Part shown: in pieces, positions 12,601 to 22,970 of the stretch
Numbering within the stretch: position 1 is the stretch's first letter
Layout: each line of letters starts with the position of its first letter
NCBI GenBank assembly: GCA_030704615.1
Contig: JAKLZA010000197.1
Coordinates: 1 to 39,000 of the forward strand
Source: Takakia lepidozioides
Lineage: Eukaryota; Plantae; Bryophyta
DNA: 39,000 nucleotides
Reading direction: 5' to 3'
Program-made: the position numbers and the translations under genes
Notes under the pieces: model-generated
What the model saw: the letters and a program-made list of their open reading frames with translations, nothing else
Databases searched by the model: none
What the model was told of the DNA's origin: nothing

Positions 12601-13273
12601 ACGCCACAACGCAGACATTTTGCTGTAGGCACGACATAATGACCTGTGTATTTGGCAAGCCCAAGTACGGATTCAGGGAATGCCGGAGCCTCCGGGCGTC
12701 TGGCCTGTTGCACCGGGTTGCAGCCTCTCTCAGAATGAGGCGGATGCTCTATCTGCAGCAGGATTTCGAATGGTGCAACGCACAGACATCCCGGCCCACG
12801 CATTTCCGGTTCCTCAGACCCAGCCATTGCAGACTGCTCGGTCCAGTAGAGACGGATTGGACAATTCTGCACATCCCACAATGCGATTCGGAAGAGTGAA
12901 GAGACGACACCCTCCCAACAAGTTGAATGAGACTCGGATTGCCAATGCTCTTGGGATGGCTTGCACTATTCAGAGCTCCGTGGACGTACCCCCACCCGGC
13001 CTTGGGCGTGTGTATCGGATGGCAACGGCCGGCTCGGCTGTACGCGACGATGTATACACAATTACGATTGGAGTGGAGCCGACTTGCAATTGTACGGACT
13101 TCTCGTTGATGGAAGCAAAGAAGGGTTCGAAGTATTATCCGTGCAAGCATCTGTATTACATTTACCTGAAGAGGTTGAGGATGAACGTGACTATTGATGA
13201 CTTTATTCATGCACCGGCGTTGAGCGTGAACGAGCTGCACAAACTCCTCCTTAGGGATTCCAGAAATCATTGA
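9689..13273 (+). CDS. MULE-family DDE transposase with GCM/WRKY-like Zn domain and C-terminal SWIM finger (frameshifted)
   Basis: Cys/His domain HDGHPW..CAGALRCFSPTC..CAHC..CNAK..HVGSHCH (10440-10780). Catalytic-like WVMFDHIKR (~11235), FMADNAQANW (~11445), CxxH in SCGFHF (~11531) and TTNMAESVH (~11911). Intron 11786-11871 (GTgagt..gtgcAG). SWIM YTITIGVEPTCNCTDF..PCKHLYYIY (~13055-13165). Confidence 0.9.
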
Positions 13274-13428
13274 TGGGCAAAGGGAATCCTCCATATGGAT
13301 ATTTTCAATTGCATTTTGCTGTATCAGACTTTTTTTTGCAGTGTAATGAAATGCACCCCAAAACTCCTGGAATGAGGCAATATTCCATTCAAACTGAGAT
13401 CCAACAGAAGCAGTTGTGGGGCCATTTC

Positions 13429-13836
13429 TGGAAAAATGGCGCCGAATTTCTTTTTGGGGCCGAAAACTGCTAAGTCCCAACATGCACTGGTACCTGTGTC
13501 TGGGAAAATGGCGCCGAATTTCTCTTTTTGGGCCGAAAACTGGCTAAGTCCCAACATGCACTGGTACCGTGTCTGGAAAAATGGCGCCGAATTTCTCTTT
13601 TTAAAACTGGCTAAGTCCAACATGCAACAAAAAATGGCGCCGAATTTCCCTATTTTGCGCCGAAAACTGGCTAAGTCCGAATGCACTGGAAAAATGGCGC
13701 CGAATTACCTGTCATGAGGGACCTATAGCCGCGGAATTCGGCACCATTTTTCGCCAGAGAGACCTATTACCGCGAAATACGTCGCCGTTTTTTCAGGTTA
13801 CGGACCCTATTACCGCGAAATTCGGCGCCATATTTG
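13429..13836. repeat. Right subterminal array of the same GGCGCCGAATTT motif (~57-72 bp units, last three inverted)
   Basis: GAAAAATGGCGCCGAATTT-type copies at ~13431, 13504, 13576, 13630, 13689 with CTGGCTAAGTCC..CATGCACTGG spacers. Inverted variants at ~13735, 13775, 13818. Confidence 0.9.
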
Positions 13837-14028
13837 CACATGTCGCTGGGAATTGGCATGAGCGGAAGACGAAATATCATGAGCACAACTGTCAAAACTG
13901 CAATTTTCCCTTCAAGGGGCCGAATAATATATTTTTTTCCTGACACATTGCATTAAATTATTGTTTTTTATGTTTTTTATTTTCGAAATTTGTACTTCTG
14001 CTCATGAAAACCGATTGTCTTACTACTC

Positions 14029-14076
14029 TGCTCATGCCGCTCATGCCGCTCATGCTCATGAAATAGCAAACCTCCC
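14029..14076 (-). repeat. Right terminal inverted repeat of the MULE
   Basis: TGCTCATGCCGCTCATGCCGCTCATGCTCATGAAATAGCAAACCTCCC is the inverse of the left end. The exact terminus is ambiguous because CTCCC also fits the adjacent RT codons (L-P-F). Confidence 0.8.
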
Positions 14077-16440
14077 ATTCACAGAAGCGGTATTGGACAT
14101 TGTGGCAGGCCATGAGATGTACTCATTCATGGATGGCTTCAGTGGTTATTCAAGTGCAAGTGGCAGAAGAAGACCAGGGAAAGACAGCTTTCATCACAGA
14201 CTGGGATGCTTATGCATACAAAGTCATGCCTTTTGGACTTTGTAATGCACCAGCAACCTTTCAAAGAGTAATAAGTGAATCTTTTCATGAGTATCTGGAT
14301 GATTTCATGCAGGTGTTCTTGGATGATTTCAGTGTACAGCTCTAAGAATGAGCACTTGCATAAATTGGAGTTATGTTTGGCCAGATGCAGGATGAGAGGT
14401 CTGGGCCTGAATCCAGAGAAGTGTACTTTCTGTGTGAACTCAAGGGTGCTTTTGGGACACATTGTGTGTAAGAGGAGACTTCTTGTGGATCCCAGGAAGA
14501 CAGAGGCCATTAAAGCCCTCCACCACCCAGTAAATGTTAAGAGTCTAAGGAGATTCCTTGGACAAACCAGATTTGTCAAAAGGTATGCACAGATAACAAC
14601 ACCATTGAGCAAGCTTCTGAAGAAAGATGCAATGTTTGCATGGACAGCTGAATGTCAACAGGCTTTTGAGGAACTTACATTGTCAGTAACAACTACACCT
14701 GTGATTAACCCTCACTGGCATGTAGTATTTCATGTTCACTGTGATGCCTCAGGAGAAGCGTTGGGAGCGGTGTTAGCCCAAAATGTTACAGGAAATAGAT
14801 TCACCTGTGTACTATGCTAGCAGGTTGATGAACAGTGCTGAAGGAAACTATAGCACAACTGAAAGAGAAGCACTGACAATGATTTATGCAGTCAAGAAAT
14901 TCAGGCATTACCTATTGGGAAGAAAATTTATGTTTTATGTGGATCACCGGGCTCTGATATATCTGTGAACAAACCTTTGATAAGTGGAAGGATAACAAGG
15001 TGGTTAATAATCTTGCACAAGTTTGAGTTTGAAGTTGTTTACAAGCCTGGCCGTTTGCATCTTGTGGCAGATCATTTGTCACGCCTAACAATAGGAGAGC
15101 CCGCCACAGGAGTAGACGACCAATTACCTGATGCGAGTTTATTTGCAATGGAGGTGCAAGGAAGTGCAGATGAATGGTTAGATTGGCAGTGGACAATCAG
15201 ATACTACCTTACTCATGGTCAGTGCCCACCTAGTTAGTAAGGAGCAGAGGAAGAGAATCGCTATCAAGGCTTTACCTTATACTATGGTAGGGGGCAGAAT
15301 ATAAGCTAGGACCTGATGGAGTACTTAAACGATGCTTGTACCACCATGAAGTAAATAAAGTTTTGGAGGAAGTTCATAAAGAGTGGTTGGAGGTCATTTT
15401 GGAGAAGAGACTACCAGTAGGAAGATGCTACTTGCAGGTTACTGGTGGCCTACTTTGTTCAAAGATATACACAAGTATTGTCAGAGTTGTGATGAATGTC
15501 AGAGGCTAGGACCTTTGCAGATCTGGGAAGATGGCTTTGCATCCTACGATGCCTACTGAACCATTTCAGAAATGGGGATTAGACTTTGTTGGACAATTAA
15601 CCCACCAGCCAAGAATACACAGAACAAGTACATTATTACAGCCACTGATTATACTACGAAGTGGGTGGAAGCTAAAGCTCTGAGGGACAACACAGCCAAG
15701 TCCACAACAAGGTTCCTGTATGAGAACATACTTACATGATTTGGCTGTCCCCTGGAATTTATCAGTGACCAGGAAGTCACTTCATTAATGAGACCATTGA
15801 ACTATTGACTAAAGAGTTCATGATTGTGCATAGGAAGAGTACAACATATTACCCACAGGGTAATGGGCAGGCAGAGGCTACCAACAAAATACTATGTACT
15901 ATCTTGGCTAAGATAGTCAATGCAAACAGAACGGATTGGGATACAAAGCTGCTGACAGCTTTGTGGTCATACATGACTTCATATAAAGTCACCACTAAGT
16001 ATACACCATTCCAATTAGTTTATGGTATGGAAGCTTTACTTCCAGTGTAATTCTTGTTACCTACCATGAGAACTGAATGGGGAAAGAGAATGGATTGGAA
16101 GATTCAATTAAGGTCAGGAAACATGAATTATACCATGTGGAAGAAGTACGTGCTGATGCAACTGATAACATGACCAGAATTCAGATGAAGAGGAAGGAAC
16201 AGTTTGATGAAGGCAAATTAAAGACTTTTAAGACGGGAGATTTGGTTCTCTGGTTGCAGAAGAAGGGGAAGATTAAAGCTTCTAAGCTTAAATCACCATG
16301 GAAAGGACCTTATGTCATACAGAAGATGTATGATAACAACACCGCCATGTTACAAACCATTAACAAAGAGATGCTGGGAAGAGTCAATGCCAATAAGTTG
16401 AAGGGGTACAGTGGTATCCATGACAAACCATTGCAGCACA
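14077..16440 (+). pseudogene. pol: Gypsy pol remnant (reverse transcriptase, RNase H, integrase)
   Basis: RT: PFTEAVLDIVAGHEMYSFMDGFSGY, KTAFIT, MPFGLCNAPATFQR, VFLDDFSV. RH: HVHCDASGEALGAVLAQ, YYASRL, NYSTTERE, YVDH, VADHLSR. INT: [53 protein letters not shown]. Several frameshifts and stops. Confidence 0.95.
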
Positions 16441-16550
16441 ATTTGCATGTTGAAACGCAAAAGCAGTCACGGGCTGCACCAGTGATACCAACGGAGTATG
16501 GAGCATTTGTCGTTAAGCCAAGCGTGTATGACAGGGCGGGAAGTACAAGT

Positions 16551-16723
16551 GTCACACAAACCTACACAGCCCATCACAGTGTCACACAGCCTATCACAGC
16601 CCATCACAACGTGACACAGCCTATCACAGCCAAATCACAGTGTCACACAGCCTATCACAGTCCATCACAGTGCCACACAGCCTGTCACAGCCCAACACAG
16701 CCCATACAGATTACACAGTCCAT
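16551..16723. repeat. Tandem repeat, 10-bp subunits (..CACAG.) in a 30-bp higher-order unit, ~5.5 copies
   Basis: GTCACACAGCCTATCACAGCCCATCACAGT-like units starting at 16551, 16581, 16611, 16642, 16672. Confidence 0.95.
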
Positions 16724-17477
16724 AGGGTCAGTGACAGGTGGACGCGAATTAACGTTAGAAAAGTGGCCATGGAGTGAAGAGGAAGTTTGGAAGTCAAACT
16801 TGGAGAATATGCCACGCGGAGAGGGAAAGTCGGGGGCATGTTTAGAAACGGACACGTGACCACTAAGGCGTGGCACACCGCACTGCATCAATTGCAAAAA
16901 AATGTCTCATTATACAAACAGACAAATCGGGCCGTCAAATTACCTACCCGGTACAGCAGCTAATACTAATTGTGGGCCCATTAATGCATTCAGTGTAAGG
17001 GTAACGGAACCCTTTCCGAGTAAAAAAAAGAAACCTATGCCACATGTGCTGTCCTACTGGACATTCCAGGTGGGAATGTCCATGGAGAGGGGTGGAATTA
17101 AGAAATTACCTAAGCAGTCCACAGCCAATCAGGAGTGCGAATTACATACAGGTGGTTCCCTCCAAGAAACAAGAACAAGAAATAGGAAGTGTTATGAGCG
17201 GAACAGTCGGGGTAGCTTTGAATAGCCAAGGTCTCGACGGAAGGGGCAATCAAAGCACTAGTTTTGTAGCTATGGCAGATGTAACGGATTACACACTCGC
17301 TTTACTTCTTACGCAGTGGCGCAAGGATGGAAGCATTGAGAGTACATTTTCTCTCACTCGATACTTGCAAGCCCCACAGGCTTACACGCACTTACCTATT
17401 CCATTCTGTGCCAACCATACCTTCATGCTCTGTGCCCTGCAAGCTTTCCTTTAGCTGTTTCAAACAAAGCCTTTTGT

Positions 17478-20430
17478 TTGTCTAGAAAGAGAGTGAGGGG
17501 AATGGAGGATATCAGGGTGAAGAGCACCACGATTCTGCAGAAGCAAACAATTGCAGCACCGCAGGCAGTACAACTGCTAAGGGAGTTGCGATTGGAGGGG
17601 CTGCTACGCAAGGACTGGTCCTTGCATCATCGACAGTTTATGATTCAATTTCTTCAGAACTTTGAGCCTCGGACGGGAGTTACTCATGTGAGGGGAATAA
17701 TATAGAAATTACTCCCCAGTACCTGCAGCAATTGTTTGATTTGCCATCAGGACATGTGGATGTGGATGAGCACAGGGCAAGATTGCAGATAGGGAATTTG
17801 TTCCAAGAAGGGAGTTTCTTTAAAACTCAAGGTTACGCTTGTACCAAAGCCGAGTGCCCAGGGCTTAGGGAAGTTGGCCAAATATTGAACGTTCTGTTTG
17901 CCATGAAACAGAACCAACAGTATTTGAGCAGGTCATAGTCTCTGATCATTGTGTCTGGTCCAGTCATTGCCCAAATAATTCTTGATTCTTGCATACTTGA
18001 TACTCGGGAACGTAAGGAGATGGGAGTGTTTGAGGCAGAAACCACTGCAATTGAAGAGCAAGGCTCTTCACACAGTGAGGTGGGACTGGCAGGGCAACAC
18101 CAGTCTAAGAGACAGAGGCGGGGTATGACTGTAGTGGCGGATCCACTGGCTTCACGGAAACCGCACGATAATGTTTCCCAATCTCTTGTGCAGGATGGGG
18201 CACAACACAAAGAGCTGTTATTATTGGAAGCACGGCCTTCGGAGAGGGAAGAGGAAGTCAATTTGATACCACAGCCACCACAACCAATTGACTCAGTTGT
18301 TTTAGAGGTTCCACAGTTAGTACATGTTGTGACTTCACCCCCAATTGCTCTGGAAGGAGAAAGGTTGGATATTCCTACTACAGAGCAGGTTGTGGCCGAA
18401 ATTGAAGGGTGACCTTCTCTATGAAAACTCTGGATTGGTAAGGGAATCAATGATTCCAGAGGTGCAGCGGTTGTCCAGGGAAAACCCTGTTGTGCATGTA
18501 ATACCCACACCTGTGACGGAGGTACCAGGGGTAGAATATCAGGACACTGCAGCACCTGTGGAGGATGAGGTGGTTCAGGAAGAGAATCTGGTGGGGCAAT
18601 GGCCTGAATGGTTGGTGAGGCATCACACTGTGGAGGATCAGGGAGAACAGTAGCAAGTTCACCATGATGACCCTCAGCAGGCCCATGCTTATGAGTTCCA
18701 TAAGCAGAAACACTTAATTTGTTGGGCACTTATGTGAAATCCCATGTTCCATCTACCCAATTGGCAGCTTTGAGGGAGGAACTCAGGAAGGAGTTTGAGG
18801 CTCGAATTGCCACTGAGTGTGCTAACAAGGTCAATGAGGAGGTCAATCTCAAGTTACAGCAAGAGTTAGAGGACACAAGGCTGCTTTGCAGTTGGCCAAG
18901 GGACATTTGATTGAAGCAGGCCTCGGCGCAGGACCAGTTGCACGAAGCACATAAACAACAGTTTATCCAAATGCAGGTGAAGCATGAGGGCAAGTTGCAA
19001 GAAGTGAATGTACTACATACAGAGTTGCAGGCAGTACATGAGAAGATGACCATACAATGTGCTACACTCACAACTACTCTTGAGCAAACTGCATTAGAAG
19101 TTAACAGACAAGGGGAGGGATGTATGAAGACAGAAGCAGAGATAATCGAGCAAGCGAAACTCATTGTTGATATGAAGAATACAATCTGTCGCAATGAGAA
19201 TACTTTCAAACAATACAGACAGGTTGAGGCTGACCAGGAGAGGTACATCCTGGAGTTGCAACAAACAGTCATGGTCAATAGAAATGAACTCTCTGTGGCT
19301 AACAAGGCTTGGAAGAAAGCCAATAATCTGGCTGCTGCCTATGCAAGCTTGGTTGAACGTCATGCAAAGTGCATTGAGGCTTTACAGCAGCAGTTAGATG
19401 TGTACAGACTCACAGAGTAGCAGACTCTCAGGGGTGCCACACACGACTTGGTGGATAACCACCTTATGCAGGTCTGGTTAACACAAGGGCCAGTGGAAGG
19501 TAAAGCACCACGGAAGCTCACCTAGGGCGAGATGAATGAGCTCAGACTGCAGGTGCAGAACATTGCCACAACTACTATAGACAATGTTTATAGATAGCGA
19601 GCTACAGGAGGATGTAGAAGGCCTGCAGACTCAGGTGGATGACCTGAGTTCAAATATTGACAAGAGAGTCTTTGTACGTGAGGAGCAGCTGATGGCTACT
19701 TATTTACATGCCAGGACTCTAATTTTTCAGTCTTCTTCGCAAGGGGTGCAGGAGATGCCAGTGGTACCAATACCACAGCAAGTGACTGTGCAGGTAGCTG
19801 ACCCTGTTGTTACTACAGCCACACCACAGCCTGAGATATGGGGGGATGCTGCTTTTAACCCACCTAAGACTCCTGCTGCACGGGAGTACAGTCGGGCTAT
19901 GATTATGCCCTTCAACCAAATTCCCATTGTGTTGGATTTGGCTTGGAAGGAATTTAGTCCTCCGCAGTCGTTGGCACATTACTACCAGATCATGCGCATT
20001 TGGCTGCCAGTGGCAACTAGGACTAAGGTTCTTCCGAACAATCGACCCATTGAGGATCATCACTTTGCGAGGTACTGGTCTGAAGCAGGTACCATGTTGA
20101 AGGAATTAATGTCTTCCAAGTTGTACATGGGTACATTTATACCAAGACCAAGGAGGTATCAAGTATTGTCATGGGCTGTGGATTATACTATGCTGCTTGT
20201 TTTCTGGCACATTATCATATTGAGCAGCAGAGGATGCAGTCCCGATTTCTGAGTTATTCCAGTGGAGATCATTGGGTCTTACCTTCAGTGCCACCTCAAA
20301 TGTACCTATGTGATGCAAAAATTATGATGCAGAAGGATTCCCAACTTCGTTCATGGTTTTATTCGGCTTGGAACAATTTGACAACACAGAAATTCGGCCC
20401 TGAGGATATTTTCTTTAATGGACATGAGGC
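17478..20430 (+). pseudogene. Extra 3' ORF of the Gypsy element (env-like/accessory; N-terminal plant-transposon domain plus coiled coil), disrupted
   Basis: Consecutive + ORF pieces 17478-17705, 17732-17938, 17951-18412, 18345-18653, 18719-18910, 18911-19420, 19584-20252, 20171-. FMIQFLQNF..HVRGII..LFDLP resembles the EFYxN..VRG..I....LGLP pattern of Athila/SIRE extra ORFs. E/Q/K-rich heptads at 18750-19660. Confidence 0.65.
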
Positions 20431-20432
20431 AC

Positions 20433-21543
20433 TCCCCACCTCCACCAGAAAGTCGGCACCAAGGGCGGGATCAGCTATGGCCACTTACTTTACCATCCGC
20501 AACTTGTACTTTATGCGGGCCCTGGCCTCCGCAGCTTTGAGATACGATTCGAGTGCCGGGAGGGTTAGATTCTTCTCCTCTGACTCCATGTAGAACCTCC
20601 GCGCATGTGCCAAATCTTGCTGAAGTTTCGTCTGTCAAGAATGCGCACATAAGATTAGAGATCCTGCTCAACACTTTTTCTTCTATTGGGGGAGGAGAGA
20701 CACATTAGCTCAACAAAACAGTGAGGAGCTTTACCCGAAATATGTAGTCCACCATGGCGTCCATGCTCAGCCTATACCAGGTTCTGTCTGTCTTTGCCTC
20801 CGACTTGCGCAGGAGGTCGGCACTGAGCGAATTGGCAAACTCTTGCACCCCCTGCTTCCCGACATCCTTCACTCGGAAGAGCATATGGGACAAGTTGGTG
20901 GCAATGAAGGCATTCTTAGTCACCCTACAATGCCACATTTCCATCAAACAATACTGAAATGGGAATTTTCAACAAATATGAGGATTCGCAATGAAATGAC
21001 TTACAATCGGATGGGTCCAAAAGCAAGAGGCGTTGTAACTTACGAGTTGATGTCCGCCATTGCAGCTTTGAGAAGACTGCGATCTTTGGGCCCCGCAACC
21101 TTCAGCACAACACACTCCACGACGAAATGCCAATCGAGGTCGTTGGGGTGGGCTTCGGCTATGTGCTCCATCCATGCCAGGAGGCGATGATTGCCGTCCC
21201 ACACGTAAAACATCTTACCGGACAAGTGCTGGAAAAGAGGATCAGTAGCAATCGTTCTCTCGAACTCCTCATTTCGCCTTTGCCAATGGGGACCCCATTT
21301 GTCCACCTCATCGGAAGTATGGGCACGGGAAGCTCCGTGGTCGTTCTCAATGGAAACGTAAAAATGCGGCAGACCCCATTCGATATCCATCCCGGAAAGA
21401 GAATTTCAGCTTGTCGATATCGCTTGGGAGGGCAGGTCTCACCACCTGCAATGACACCAAGCGGCAAAGGGGAATCCGAAGCTTGGCCGGTACACCATGC
21501 CCCCTAGCACCCTGCCAATGTTGCTGTGGGTTGCCTCCAACAT
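20433..21543 (-). pseudogene. Diverged second copy of the cargo-gene ParB region (paralogous to 5277-6396)
   Basis: Co-linear direct repeat from TCCCCACCTCCACCAGAAAG to GTTGCCTCCAACAT; retains VWDGNHR and both introns. Confidence 0.95.
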
Positions 21544-21544
21544 T

Positions 21545-22231
21545 GTTGTCAACTGTGTCGTTGAAAATATAACCCAGTGGGTAGTTTGTCGTTGAGGTCA
21601 AGCTCTCCTGGCTTGCCTTCATTGATAGCGATCGGATGTTTAGGTGAGAAACAGGCAGGCCGTTGCCTGCACAGTCGTGTATCAGGCACCTAGATGTTTG
21701 AATATGGACGATTGGAATCGCATGCCTTCAACTGCTGCTCCTTGGAGGTACCCTAGTCGTATAAACGCCTGAGCGCTTTGGCTTCAAGGACGTCGCAACC
21801 CTTCCATTTGTGGGTCATACCAGTAGCTGTGTCGATTTTCCGCCTTTCTGTAACAAATGGTTTTGATTCTGCACTATCTATGTACAATTCGGCTCTCCTG
21901 GCCTCAAAAACACTCAAAAATAATCCGCGCGATAATTTATGCACCTACATATGGCAACCAATGGGGAACACTCGTCCCGATGGTGGAAAACCCTGAATCA
22001 TTGGTTTGACAATTCTCTAAATATGTATACACATTACTAAAACATGGTATGCTTTACCATTGACCTAGACCTTTTATCTGGCTCAAACTGGAAGCTAGCA
22101 AAATAACTTTGAACGTGTAGACTTTCCAACTGATGGGGGTTCTTCTCTCTGGTCTTGCAGTCTGTCTTACTATGACAGTATCCTGGTGATCCCTGCGAAT
22201 TCACTCTTCTTTTTTGTGCTCTCTCATTCAA
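21545..22231 (-). pseudogene. Unidentified degenerate coding exon(s)
   Basis: Acceptor atatgtAG then VHKLSRGLFLSVFEARRAELY.. from 21944; the frame continues ~130 codons through two TAG stops (possible CAG>TAG). ORF 22037-22231 has a possible donor after ..RSRSM. No family recognised. Confidence 0.35.
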
Positions 22232-22970
22232 GCTCTACGATAACTATGACTGAGTTTTGTTCAAGAACTACTTTGCTTTTTTCATAGACCTTGACACCAA
22301 CAACTCTGATCATACAACATAAAGTCATAGCTATTGCTAGACGGAAAATCCTGGCGTCATATAGGAATCACTATGCCCCTCGCCTAATGAGATTAAAAAA
22401 CTTTGAAAATCCTCTCCCTCTTCGGAGAGAGTTCGAGTCCCAGATAAAAACTTTTCAAAACCGCCATTCTCCCCCACCGGACTGGGTTTGAATCCCCAAG
22501 ACTGAATAGATAGAGAAGCGAAGCTCCGGATCGACCAGCTCATACATCAACCGCGTCAACAGAACCGAGCTGTAGTAACAAAGCACCACCTGTGATGCGT
22601 TCATGATGAAGCTCAAAATAACACGTTCACGATGAAGCTTAAGATAGATACTTTCACCATGGAATTGAAATGGTACGTAAAACTCTCTATAAAAAGCTCA
22701 CATTACCCAGTAGATGGAGATCAAGGAGGAAGATAATTTCACTCAACTACTCTCATGATAAAAAACTTAGTACTTCTTGTACTGCAACATTGGCAAAAAA
22801 AATAAAAAAACTCACTTAGAAGTTCTACGAAAGTACTTGGAAGAGCTATAAAATGAAAAGAGAAAGAAAAAAGATGGAGAGCTGGCCTCTTTGAGCTTTT
22901 CAACTCTCTGATGTCTCTTTGTGAGGGTTGTTACAAGGCCATTGATATCCATTGTGATTTTTATGTCCAG

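Larger units (their letters stand above)
1263..14076 (+). mobile_element. Mutator-like DNA transposon (MULE), ~12.8 kb, with transposase and divergent ParB/DNA-MTase-like cargo gene
   Basis: Left end GGGGGGCTGCTATTTCATGAGCGGCATGAGC (1263-) matches the reverse complement of the right end (GGGAGGTTTGCTATTTCATGAGCATGAGCGGCATGAGC, ending 14076). It encloses a MULE-type DDE+SWIM transposase, and one palindromic motif is shared by its internal non-coding regions. No TSD found. Confidence 0.85.
14077..20432 (+). mobile_element. Truncated Ty3/Gypsy LTR retrotransposon, non-chromovirus (Athila/Tat-related), LTRs absent
   Basis: RT-RH-INT order, no chromodomain after the integrase, long additional ORF downstream. 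5' end cut at the MULE TIR, 3' end cut at 20432. Confidence 0.9.

Noticed and set aside
16440-16859. Chromodomain or real C-terminal extension of the integrase
   Set aside because: No chromodomain residues; the open frame runs through the 30-bp tandem repeat.
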